DNA from: a virus
Taxonomy: Duplodnaviria > Caudoviricetes
Length of the DNA stretch: 25,657 nt
IMG/VR virus record: IMGVR_UViG_3300037782_000181
Coordinates: 1 to 25,657 of that record
Direction: 5' to 3' (one strand)
Below are positions 15,319 to 24,354 of this stretch, in pieces. A program made the position numbers and the translations under genes. Positions within the stretch are counted from its first letter, which is position 1. Each line of letters begins with the position of its first letter. The notes under the pieces are model-generated. The model was given only the letters and a program-made list of their open reading frames with translations, did no database searches and had not been told where the DNA came from.

Positions 15319-17849
15319 TGGCCGTGGCGTATCCATTCAATCCGAACTGGGAGCAACCGTACTCGTTCTCAAAGTCGTTCAAGACGGGGAGCGCCATCGC
15401 TCGCAAGCAGATCCGTCAGAGAGCAGGACTGCGGGAGCGATCGCTCGTCACCATCGAGTATGCGAGTCGATTCAAGGGCGTTGAGAACTCGGCGATCGTT
15501 CACAAACTCCGCAACACAACGACGCAACTCTTTGACGTACCAGACTGGCGAATTGCAAGACCCGTTACCGACATCGCCTCGATGCCGGGGACCGATTCGG
15601 GCATGGGCGTCACATCGTTCATCGAGTTCGAGATCACCGATCGAACCGATTACCAGCCCATCGAGGCGGGCGATAAGGTCATGGTCTGGCAGTCGCCCTC
15701 GGTCTACTTCGTTGCAGCCGTAGACGCAGCCTCATTCGACTCCACAACAATTACGCTCGAACTGGATGCTGAGTACGGTCTGGGAACTTCGGACGCGCCT
15801 GCGAGCGATGACCCGATCTATTGCTTCAAGGTCTTTACCTGCTTCCCAGAGTCGGTCAATCTGGAATGGATAACCGATCAGGTTTGCGAGGCAGCGATTC
15901 GCTGGCAGGAAGCGTCTGAGACCCCACTGACGGGTCTGGTTGGACAGATCGATCTGAGAGTCGATCCCGAGGGACCAGACGACGGAGGGCAGATATGCGA
16001 GCCTTGCCTCATCGATGGCGACTATCTCGCACTGCCGATGTTCGATACGCCCTGTAGCAATCCAAGCCAGGAGCGGCCAGCATTTCGCGCCAAGGACTGG
16101 GCTCCGCCTCAGACATTCTTTATCCGATTCGACAGCGCCGCTCTCAGCAAGAACTCCGGGCATGCCTACGGAGGCGACCTTGAGAACCTGATCGAAGCGC
16201 TCGCCTCCGAGGAATGGGAGCTTGAGTATCAGCATCCCTATTCGCCTGCCGTCTCAACGTCTCGCCATTGGCATCACCTCAAGGCATCTACTACGCAATG
16301 GCAGAAGGGCACGCCGACTGTCTCTCGGTGGGTCTGGAAGGCAACCCGAGAGTACACGGGCGACGATGAGAACCCGTATACGGCAGAGGTCCGCATCTGC
16401 ATCGAGCATGACGAGGATCAGCAACTCGGCAACGACAACATCGGGGGCAAGGTCGGAGCATGGGGGTGCCTAATGAACCTTCATGTGTTCAGCGATGAGA
16501 TCGCAGCGTATACAGATGGCGCTACGGCGGGCGACGGGAAGACTTACTACCGAGACGACCCCTGCATCGGGCAGACCACAACGCCTTGGAAGTTCGGGCA
16601 TCCTCAGCTTGCGCTGACGTACCACTACCAGACCAGCCTGACGAATGGCTGCACGATGACGAGGGATCTGCCTCCCGATACGCCGACATCGGTGACTATC
16701 GGAGCGCCCTGGACTGGAGCGAGCTACGCCAACGCCAAGTTCAACAGTTGCTACGGCAAGACGCTTGCAGCGCACTCGTTCCTGCCGATTGGCATGGTCC
16801 ATTTCGGCGAGGGGGCATGGGATGTATCCCTCAAACAACCCGGCGTACCCCGATACGACTTCACCTACGGAGGTCTCGGAGGCGTCTGCGCGCTCTCTGA
16901 CAGCGGCGGCGGCTGCTTCACGATGGACTGTTTGCAGGTACCCGATGACAACCTGATCGGACTCGATAAGTACAACGGAGCGGGCTCTGACGTTGGCGAC
17001 TTCGACGGATGCGATGGGCACGTGAGCTACGGCATCGGCGGAACGAGCCGCTCCATCGTAATTCCCGGCGATTACGAAACATCGTGTTGCTATGAGATCG
17101 AGAAGATCGGAACGGTCAGTATCACGCTGCGTCAGGCAGTAGATCGAGAGCTTGTCCAGTACGACTCCAACTGCATCGATAGCTGCCCAAGTTACGATGC
17201 GCCTTGGACAGGCTCCGAGAGCTACTCGCTCTCGATCAACCTCTGCACCTACGACTGGCTGTTTCCAAACCTGAATCGGAAAGACCTGCGCTGGTACTAC
17301 GGCGAAGAGCAGGACTGGCAGAATGACGGCAACCCGTACACGTCGGTTGCAACTGTACGGCTGACCGATGACGGGTGGATACTGAACGCTCAGGCGGAAC
17401 TCAGGCCGCTCTTTCGGGACGACCCCGACCTTGATGCGATGGGAACTGCGCCCAACGACTGCTCGGAGAACGAGTGCCCCTGCAGTACCTACTCGTTGCT
17501 CGTCTATGACAACGTGACGTTTGCAATGGATCCCGATACGAGCTTCCTCTGTCCGGGAGAGACCATAGCCAACAGAGCATTCATCCATTGCCGACTGCAA
17601 TACAACGGACTCGGCTTCTCTGGGAATGAGAACTGTCTGCCCGTACCAGAAGACTGCATCTTCTACTACCCGCAAAGCCCGTTCATCACTTCGATACTCA
17701 ACGTCAACAACAGCATCGCTGACATACCAACGTCAGCGTTGCCGACGGAGCAGAGCCTCGGATCGGATGGCGTCTATCAGTATTGCTTCACCTTCTACAC
17801 CCTCGGATTCGCAGGGCTCAACAACAGCATCGATTGCTGCTTCGGATAA
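15318..17849 (+). CDS. minor tail protein: distal-tail-like N-domain fused to a large Cys-rich region
   Basis: TAATG-coupled to tape measure; N-terminal PNW...T.....QRAGLR pattern; about 30 Cys by manual count, ending in DCCFG. Confidence 0.75.
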   Translation: MAVAYPFNPNWEQPYSFSKSFKTGSAIARKQIRQRAGLRERSLVTIEYASRFKGVENSAIVHKLRNTTTQLFDVPDWRIARPVTDIASMPGTDSGMGVTSFIEFEITDRTDYQPIEAGDKVMVWQSPSVYFVAAVDAASFDSTTITLELDAEYGLGTSDAPASDDPIYCFKVFTCFPESVNLEWITDQVCEAAIRWQEASETPLTGLVGQIDLRVDPEGPDDGGQICEPCLIDGDYLALPMFDTPCSNPSQERPAFRAKDWAPPQTFFIRFDSAALSKNSGHAYGGDLENLIEALASEEWELEYQHPYSPAVSTSRHWHHLKASTTQWQKGTPTVSRWVWKATREYTGDDENPYTAEVRICIEHDEDQQLGNDNIGGKVGAWGCLMNLHVFSDEIAAYTDGATAGDGKTYYRDDPCIGQTTTPWKFGHPQLALTYHYQTSLTNGCTMTRDLPPDTPTSVTIGAPWTGASYANAKFNSCYGKTLAAHSFLPIGMVHFGEGAWDVSLKQPGVPRYDFTYGGLGGVCALSDSGGGCFTMDCLQVPDDNLIGLDKYNGAGSDVGDFDGCDGHVSYGIGGTSRSIVIPGDYETSCCYEIEKIGTVSITLRQAVDRELVQYDSNCIDSCPSYDAPWTGSESYSLSINLCTYDWLFPNLNRKDLRWYYGEEQDWQNDGNPYTSVATVRLTDDGWILNAQAELRPLFRDDPDLDAMGTAPNDCSENECPCSTYSLLVYDNVTFAMDPDTSFLCPGETIANRAFIHCRLQYNGLGFSGNENCLPVPEDCIFYYPQSPFITSILNVNNSIADIPTSALPTEQSLGSDGVYQYCFTFYTLGFAGLNNSIDCCFG

Positions 17850-17854
17850 CGTCT

Positions 17855-18685
17855 ATGAGTTCAGACAGCTACAACCCGAGCAACCCGAGCGGCGGAAGCG
17901 GACCGGCGTTGTCGTTCGCGCTGACGACGACGGATGAGAAAAGCGAGTGCCTGCTCTTCGATTACATCCCGGAGCGAACAACATCAAGCCGCTATCAGCC
18001 TCAGATCACGATGCAGCTTCTCGAACTGGGCCACGGAGCGGCTCGCCTCGACACCGACCGAGCCAGCCCGAGTTCGCTGAGCTTCCGAAACACCTACCGC
18101 ATCAACAACTACGCCGATCTCTCCGACCTCGATTCGTTCTTTGAGGCGAGGCTTGGACGCAACGAGAGCTTCTGTCTCCCGAGTTGGCAGGCCGATCTGC
18201 AACTGTCCGAAACCGCCGTTGCAGGCACGGACTATCTCAGCGTCCAGAGCCATGAGGTATCGCTCTATCAGGATCAAAACCTGATGTTCTACAAGTCAGG
18301 TCAGTATTTCGTGCGAACAGTAGCGGCGTTCGGAGACGGCTATGTGGAACTCAACTCTGGTATTCCATTCTCTCTATCGCCCGCCGACTCCATCAGCGTC
18401 ATCTACCGAGTGACCTTCGCAAGCGATTCGCTGACGCTCACGCATCGCAGCAACGACGTGGTAGAGATAGAGCTTTCGTTTGTCGAAGAGATCAGAGAGG
18501 CGGATCAGGTCGGTGAAGTGACCGACGCCGACACCGACCTCAACGCCATCTGCTACCTCACGATGACCGAGGCCCAATACCTCCTGCTCGAAGAGTCGGC
18601 CTATGCGCTGCTCACTACCAACTGCGCCATGCTCGGCGACGGAGACGGGATCGTCTCTGGATTTGAAACTACGGGAGCCGCCTAA
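17855..18685 (+). CDS. minor tail protein (distal-tail / DUF2460-like)
   Basis: LDSFFEARLGRNESFCLPSWQADL motif and FASDSL; ATG 17855 lies 5 nt after the upstream stop. Confidence 0.75.
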   Translation: MSSDSYNPSNPSGGSGPALSFALTTTDEKSECLLFDYIPERTTSSRYQPQITMQLLELGHGAARLDTDRASPSSLSFRNTYRINNYADLSDLDSFFEARLGRNESFCLPSWQADLQLSETAVAGTDYLSVQSHEVSLYQDQNLMFYKSGQYFVRTVAAFGDGYVELNSGIPFSLSPADSISVIYRVTFASDSLTLTHRSNDVVEIELSFVEEIREADQVGEVTDADTDLNAICYLTMTEAQYLLLEESAYALLTTNCAMLGDGDGIVSGFETTGAA

Positions 18686-18720
18686 TGGCGTCTCGGAATC
18701 TACGAATAGGAGCCGCCTGA
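18685..18720 (+). CDS. putative 11-codon minigene MASRNLRIGAA
   Basis: TAATG overlap with the upstream stop and TGATG overlap with the downstream start; GGAG precedes both ATGs. Confidence 0.4.
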   Translation: MASRNLRIGAA

Positions 18721-19604
18721 TGCCCAACGCCGACAGACAGAAACAAGAGCGTCTGCTCTATGAGTGCTATCTCTTCTACTACAACGAGGGCGACTGCATC
18801 AACGTCCTGCAGGCAACTACAGCGGACGTTGCCGTAACGCTCGAAGCCGAGGGCGAGACGATCGAGTTCTCGCCGATGTACCTCAGCAGAGGTCAGATCC
18901 AGAGGGGAGCCGATGAAACCCCAGACAGCCTTGTCATCAGCACAAACTTCGACAGTCCTTACGTTGCCGAGTTCATCGCATCGGCGATCAGCGAGACGCT
19001 GACGGTCAAGGTCTATCAGGTCTACGCCTCAGAGAGTCATCAGATCTATACGAGCGAGGACTACGTTGTTGCGTTCTGGGGAGAGAGCAGCAATGTTGAT
19101 CGCAGAGACAACACGGTCAGCGTCGTGTTCAGCGGCTTCAACGCCAGATTCCAGGAAACGATTCCTCGGGTACTGACGTTCAAGAGTTGCCCGTATCGCC
19201 TGTACGACGAGTTTACCTGCCGAGCCGTCAAGGACGACTTCACTTGGACGGGGACGATCCAGTACATCAGCGAGAACCGCAGGCAACTCAGCGTATTGCT
19301 TGAGATCGGGCCGACGCACCCCGATGGCGCATTCGAGGGCGGCATCGTCAACTTCGGTCCTTCCATTTGCAAGCGGGCATCCGTTAATCAGGACGAAGTG
19401 ATATCGGGTCTCAACTTCTACCGAGGGCTCACGCTGCTCACCAAGATGCCCTCCGATGTTGATGTCGGAATGCAGATCGAAGTCAGCTACGGCTGCGATC
19501 GCACCAAGGACGGCGACAACGGATGCGCCAAGTTCAGCAACCGACCCAACTACGGCGGATCGCCCTACATGCAGATCCGAAACATTGCAACGGACAGACT
19601 CTAA
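18720..19604 (+). CDS. baseplate hub / tail tip protein, DUF2163 + BR0599 family (lambda gpL-like)
   Basis: CPYRLYDEFTC and GCDRT...GCAKFSNRPNYGGSP (four conserved Cys); AGGAG RBS before ATG 18720. Confidence 0.88.
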   Translation: MPNADRQKQERLLYECYLFYYNEGDCINVLQATTADVAVTLEAEGETIEFSPMYLSRGQIQRGADETPDSLVISTNFDSPYVAEFIASAISETLTVKVYQVYASESHQIYTSEDYVVAFWGESSNVDRRDNTVSVVFSGFNARFQETIPRVLTFKSCPYRLYDEFTCRAVKDDFTWTGTIQYISENRRQLSVLLEIGPTHPDGAFEGGIVNFGPSICKRASVNQDEVISGLNFYRGLTLLTKMPSDVDVGMQIEVSYGCDRTKDGDNGCAKFSNRPNYGGSPYMQIRNIATDRL

Positions 19605-19606
19605 CC

Positions 19607-20260
19607 ATGCCCTGCAACTGCAACAGAAGATCGAAGAACCTGACCCGCACAGCCCGTAAGGGGAAACGGACGCTCACGCTGGCGCAGCGAAGGGCTGAAC
19701 TCTCGGGAGACCAGTCGGCAACCCATGCGCCGCCGACGCCCGCTGAGTATCTCATCGAATCGCAGTACGGATCTATTTCCGCGCAGAAATATCAAACATC
19801 ACTCGATGAATGGCTCAATGCTCCGTTCAGGCACATGGGTCAGACGTGGAACGGTACCGATTGCATCGGTCTGGTACTCGGCGTCTACAAGCAGCTTGGG
19901 CTCATCCCCGAAGCCCTGAATCCGAATGAGTACGCAAGGCAGTGGTACTTGACGGATAGCCAAGAACGGCACCCAGCATTCGAGCAACTCAAGGCATCGA
20001 TAACGCTCGAACGCATCGATGACGTGTCGAAGTTGCGGGCTGGCGACATCCTCTGTTTCGCTTTTGGCAAAGGTATAGAAGCCCATGTCGGACTATTAAC
20101 AGCAAGAGGCACGATCATTCATTCCGTAGCAGGCGAGCAGGCGGACAAGGTGATCGAGTCTCGGTTTGACGACAACCGCTGGCGGAAGCGGTACGTCTAC
20201 GCATACAGGCTCTCAAACTCTACTTCATCCACAGCAGGTATTACGGAGAATGGCGGGTAG
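19607..20260 (+). CDS. NlpC/P60-family tail assembly peptidase
   Basis: WLNAPFRHMG, GTDCIGLV (catalytic Cys), AGDILCF, HVGL and IIHS. Confidence 0.92.
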   Translation: MPCNCNRRSKNLTRTARKGKRTLTLAQRRAELSGDQSATHAPPTPAEYLIESQYGSISAQKYQTSLDEWLNAPFRHMGQTWNGTDCIGLVLGVYKQLGLIPEALNPNEYARQWYLTDSQERHPAFEQLKASITLERIDDVSKLRAGDILCFAFGKGIEAHVGLLTARGTIIHSVAGEQADKVIESRFDDNRWRKRYVYAYRLSNSTSSTAGITENGG

Positions 20261-22364
20261 CGAACGGGAAGCAGTAGTATTAGGCGCAGGTCTTACAGGC
20301 GCAGCGATCGGCTTCTATTACGGAGGACCGCTCGGCGCTCAGGCTGGCTACCTCGGCGGGGTCATGATCGCAGCGGCGCTGCTTGGCGCTGAGGCGGGTA
20401 AAGAGTTCAACCCGGCATCCGACCTCTCGGGCTTCACCAGCAACCGTGAGGGGACGCCCATACCCATCCTCTTCGGGCGAGGCCGACTGTCCGGTCTGCA
20501 AATGCACTACAAGAACTTCCGTAGCTCTCAGAGCGGCGGAGGTGGCGGCTCGGGTCTCGGTTCTCAGGGATCGGGATCAACGGTTAGCTACAACGTCGAT
20601 GCTGCCTTGCTGTTCTGCTGGGGTCCGGTCTCCAAGCTAATTGATGTCACGAATCGCTCAGAGTCGATCTGGGGCGGCGGTCCCATTGAGAGGACCGATG
20701 GAGCGGCTACCAGCATCACGACCGATCTGGGTACGTTCAGCTTCGCTTGGGGGATCGACGGACAGGGTTACTCTCCGTACATCCAATCGCTCGATGCAAA
20801 CCCGCCTCGGTTCAATAGGTATTGCTTTGGCACCATCGAGGATGCCAACCTCGGAAGCTCTCCGAACTGGCCGAGCAGCCTTGCGTTCGAGCTTGCAAGA
20901 TACCCGCTCACCTCGCTGACGGGCGACAGCAACATCGGCGACGATGCCAACCCCGCCCACGTCGTCTTTGAGATTCTTACCAATCCGATCTGGGGTCTGA
21001 GGATTCCGCCCGCCTACATCAACGCCGAGAGCTTCCAAGATGCAGCCGACCAGTTTGCAGCCGAGAGTTTCGGAATCTCGTTCGTGATAGCTGCCGCTCA
21101 GCCGGCGATCTCAGTCTTGCAGGACATCGCTACGTGGACAAACTCGTACCTGTTCATCGATACCGATGGACGGATCGCTATGGCTCTGATCCGAGAGAAT
21201 CAGAACCTCACCGATGATGACTTCATCGCTATTGATGACAGCCACATCATCGACGGCACGCTCCGAGTCGGTAGAGCATCAGGCGCAGGCATCATTAATC
21301 AGCTTGCGGTTCAATGGACCGACCCGAGCGCCGAGTGGTCTACTCAGGCGTTCCCTGTTCAGAACGAGGTAAGCGTTGACCTCTACGGGCCGAAGTTCGA
21401 TACAGCGAATCTCAGCGCCATCACGGTCAAATCAACTGCCGTCAAGCAGGCGAACAGGATTCTGTACCAGCGATCAGCGATTCAGCGATCTGCTACGTTC
21501 GATTGCAATCAACGATCGACTCGCATCTGGGTGGGCAGACGCATCCGCCTTGCGCCCGGATCATGGGGCTCGGATGAATCGCTCGATCTCATAGTGACTT
21601 CTGTAGTCGAGAAGGAACCCGAGAGCGGCGTCGTCACGGTGACCGCCCTTGAGGACGTACTCGCTGAGGTTCCGAGCGTTGACTTCGGAGTACCCGATGA
21701 TGCCAACGATGTAGATAGATCAGCTCTTGAGTGTTTGACCAGATATGCAATCTTCGAGCTCCCGACCTCGCTCAAGGTCTACGGCGGATCATCCATCGAA
21801 ATGATCGTGGCCGCTGGCCAATCGCCCAACAGCGTCAGCGATTCGTTCAGGGTCTACGCAAGGCGGAACCTGACCGGCTCGTATCAGTTGATTGGAACCC
21901 GAAGCGTCTACGTTCCCGCTGGCGTACTCGATACCTCGCTCTCTCCGGTTGCTATGCCGACCGAGAACGCAAGCGAAACGATCAGCATCACCCTTGACGA
22001 GTACAACGACACGCTACTCGATTCGGTGACAACAGGCGAGTGGCAGGCTGATACAACGCTGATGCTGGTTGGGGAAGAACTCATCAGCATCAGAGACGTG
22101 ACCGCCAACGGATCGGGCAGCTACACGCTGACGGGAGTACGCAGAGGCGTTCAGGGTTCGGCGCTCAGCGTTGGGCACTCAATCGGCTCTCCTGTCTACT
22201 TCGTGCGATCGCTCATCAATCAGGACAACGTGTTTACCTCGGGCGAGTTTGTCGAGGGCGATACATGGGGCGTTCAGGTCGTCCCGAGGCGCGCTGATAC
22301 GGGCGAGGTGGTCAGCGTTGCTGATTGCGTTGAAACAGAGTTTACATTCGGAGGGGGGAGCTAA
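20250..22364 (+). CDS. tail tip / host-specificity protein (lambda J-like, GTA-type)
   Basis: EGTPIPILFGRGRL, DANPAHVVFEILTNPIWG, INQLAVQWTD, LVGEELI and LTGVRRG motifs. Confidence 0.9.
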   Translation: MAGSEREAVVLGAGLTGAAIGFYYGGPLGAQAGYLGGVMIAAALLGAEAGKEFNPASDLSGFTSNREGTPIPILFGRGRLSGLQMHYKNFRSSQSGGGGGSGLGSQGSGSTVSYNVDAALLFCWGPVSKLIDVTNRSESIWGGGPIERTDGAATSITTDLGTFSFAWGIDGQGYSPYIQSLDANPPRFNRYCFGTIEDANLGSSPNWPSSLAFELARYPLTSLTGDSNIGDDANPAHVVFEILTNPIWGLRIPPAYINAESFQDAADQFAAESFGISFVIAAAQPAISVLQDIATWTNSYLFIDTDGRIAMALIRENQNLTDDDFIAIDDSHIIDGTLRVGRASGAGIINQLAVQWTDPSAEWSTQAFPVQNEVSVDLYGPKFDTANLSAITVKSTAVKQANRILYQRSAIQRSATFDCNQRSTRIWVGRRIRLAPGSWGSDESLDLIVTSVVEKEPESGVVTVTALEDVLAEVPSVDFGVPDDANDVDRSALECLTRYAIFELPTSLKVYGGSSIEMIVAAGQSPNSVSDSFRVYARRNLTGSYQLIGTRSVYVPAGVLDTSLSPVAMPTENASETISITLDEYNDTLLDSVTTGEWQADTTLMLVGEELISIRDVTANGSGSYTLTGVRRGVQGSALSVGHSIGSPVYFVRSLINQDNVFTSGEFVEGDTWGVQVVPRRADTGEVVSVADCVETEFTFGGGS

Positions 22365-22840
22365 TGGCTCAAACAACAGTCAACGGAATCACGGTCTACA
22401 GCCCTCAGCCAACTGGCGATGCGGGGCTTGCTATCGACGACAACTTCCGGGAGATTGCGAGCAGAATACCGCTTGCCTCGGGGCCGCTGCCGAGGTACTC
22501 GGTGACGGCAAGCATCAACGCCAAATCAACCGGAGATACCAACGTCTATACGCTACCGGGCGGCTACATCTGGTCGATCGACAGCATCGACATTATTTGC
22601 AGCGCCGTTTCTGGTTCTGGCAATCCGCCGACTATGCGCTTTGGTCTCTCAACTGATACCGACCAGTTCGGGCAGCTATCGATCGATGCTGTTGCGTTGA
22701 ACGAGAAAGTCACGCTGAGAAACATAGGCGCAAACGGCATCGCTTCGACAAACATCCTTAGCGCTGGCGTTGCAACGGCGTCAACCTATACAACGCACTC
22801 ATTGCTTGTTACGTTCAACCTGACTGGGGTTGAGGTCTGA
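22364..22840 (+). CDS. putative minor tail / fibre-associated protein
   Basis: TAATG-coupled; N-terminal GDAGLAIDDNF followed by a beta-rich domain. Confidence 0.7.
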   Translation: MAQTTVNGITVYSPQPTGDAGLAIDDNFREIASRIPLASGPLPRYSVTASINAKSTGDTNVYTLPGGYIWSIDSIDIICSAVSGSGNPPTMRFGLSTDTDQFGQLSIDAVALNEKVTLRNIGANGIASTNILSAGVATASTYTTHSLLVTFNLTGVEV

Positions 22841-23049
22841 TGCCAGTCATACCCGGATCAAATACGGGCAGCGGCGGGGGAGCCAACAGCGCCGACGATG
22901 CCACGGCGATCGACTCGCTCACAGTCGGGGGCAATCAGGTAGTCAGAACCCAGAGCAACGAGGTGAGAATTGCGAAGCTCGGGTTGCAGAGCATCCCGCT
23001 TGAAGGAATGAGACTCATCTCGGTTGTAGTGATTGGGGAGGGTCTCTGA
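22840..23049 (+). CDS. hypothetical protein (69 aa), possibly a remnant fibre segment
   Basis: TGATG overlaps on both sides; LTVGGNQVV resembles a fibre beta motif. Confidence 0.55.
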   Translation: MPVIPGSNTGSGGGANSADDATAIDSLTVGGNQVVRTQSNEVRIAKLGLQSIPLEGMRLISVVVIGEGL

Positions 23050-23399
23050 TGGATGGCTACATAGTTGCTAACGCAGACTTCAAACTCATATTTACCCCCC
23101 TCATCGATGAGGATGGCACGCCCCTGACTCTGGCCGATGTTGACGAGTTCAGGCTCAAGGTAGCAGAGAGCGAGACGACGGGAACAGTCGTGCTGACTTT
23201 ATCCGATTCGAGCCAGAGCGCTCGGTTCTCATTGAACCAATCCAGAGCAGAAGTCACGATCCAGATCCTCGCATCGGACTACGGCTTCGCTGCTGGCAAG
23301 GAATACTACTTTCAACTCTTCACGGTCAGGGACTCGATCACCAACTCGACTCCGCCTCGGCGCTTTCAGGTCGTTCCTGGCATCGACCCCGACAGCTAA
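23049..23399 (+). CDS. Ig-like beta-sandwich protein (BppU N-terminal-like)
   Basis: DEDGTPLTL, VTIQI, GKEYYFQL and FQVVPGI pattern; lies in the tail accessory region. Confidence 0.65.
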   Translation: MDGYIVANADFKLIFTPLIDEDGTPLTLADVDEFRLKVAESETTGTVVLTLSDSSQSARFSLNQSRAEVTIQILASDYGFAAGKEYYFQLFTVRDSITNSTPPRRFQVVPGIDPDS

Positions 23400-23439
23400 G
23401 GAGGCTCGGCTCTGTCGAACCGAGAGCTAAGGAGGCTAC

Positions 23440-24354
23440 ATGGCAAGCAAGGAACTCTTTTTCACGCCTGTGATATTCGCCGAGGGCGGCCATATCGAGA
23501 ACGAGGCGAGCAGCGGCACGGGCAACAATCTACCCAAGCTGGTTCTTGCGTCGGGCGGAACGAGCAGCAACTACTCTCTTGTAGCGGAGTCCAAGGGGCT
23601 CGGATCATTTCAGCTACGCTCAACCAGCTACCCCAAGAATCAACCCGGCTTTGTTGGAGTAGACCTTCAGATCTATGCCAGCGCCCCGACCGAGACGGCT
23701 TCGGGTCTGTTTAGCTGTACCGTCGGCTCCGCCAATACGGCCAGCGGTCAGAACGCAACGGCCATCGGCGGTGGATGCATAGCGAACGCTACTCAATCAA
23801 CAGCCATCGGCACCAGCGCAACGGCTTCGGGTAACGGAGCAACTGCGGTCGGGAATGCATGTTCAGCGGGGGCAGCAAACTCGCTTGCTCTCGGCAAACA
23901 TTCAAGCGCCCGTATTCAGGGCATGACTTCATTCGCTTCGGGTCAGGCATCGGCGGTCGGGGACAGGCAGAGCGGCAGGCTGCATCTGCGAGGCGCAACA
24001 ACAAGCAATGAAACAATCAGTCTTACCGTCGATGGCTCTGCTCTGAGCGCCTCGAACTCGCTGACACTGAGCGAGGGGCTGACCCTTGGAGGTATTGCAA
24101 CATTCATCGGCGTGAGTTCTGCGGGTCGTCGTTACATGCGCCGACGTTTCATGGCATATCGAAGCTCGGGCGGCAACGCAACAATCGATATGAACAGCAA
24201 TGAGGCTCAGAACGCCTCGCTGATCCTGCCCGATGTCTCTTCATCGGTAGCAGCGAATACCACCTACCAATGCGCAGACTTTCAGGTTACAGGTCAGACT
24301 GGCGTAGCCGTTGATTGGTTGGTTATGGTCGATTGGGTTGAGATGCAATCATAA
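23440..24354 (+). CDS. putative receptor-binding fibre protein with YadA/Hep_Hag-like repeats
   Basis: five 14-aa repeats (ASGLFSCTVGSANT, ASGQNATAIGGGCI, ANATQSTAIGTSAT, ASGNGATAVGNACS, AGAANSLALGKHSS); TAAGGAGG RBS. Confidence 0.8.
   Translation: MASKELFFTPVIFAEGGHIENEASSGTGNNLPKLVLASGGTSSNYSLVAESKGLGSFQLRSTSYPKNQPGFVGVDLQIYASAPTETASGLFSCTVGSANTASGQNATAIGGGCIANATQSTAIGTSATASGNGATAVGNACSAGAANSLALGKHSSARIQGMTSFASGQASAVGDRQSGRLHLRGATTSNETISLTVDGSALSASNSLTLSEGLTLGGIATFIGVSSAGRRYMRRRFMAYRSSGGNATIDMNSNEAQNASLILPDVSSSVAANTTYQCADFQVTGQTGVAVDWLVMVDWVEMQS

Noticed and set aside
16470-17675. 401-aa antisense ORF in the Cys-rich tail gene
   Set aside because: Val/Arg-rich mirror-frame composition; the + strand gene is coupled within the operon.
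17700-17849. Diversity-generating retroelement variable region in the tail protein C-terminus
   Set aside because: No reverse transcriptase and no template/variable repeat pair seen in the window.
21468-21490. Triple CAGCGAT repeat inside the J-like gene
   Set aside because: Short, within coding sequence (QRSAIQRS), and compatible with chance in GATC-rich DNA.
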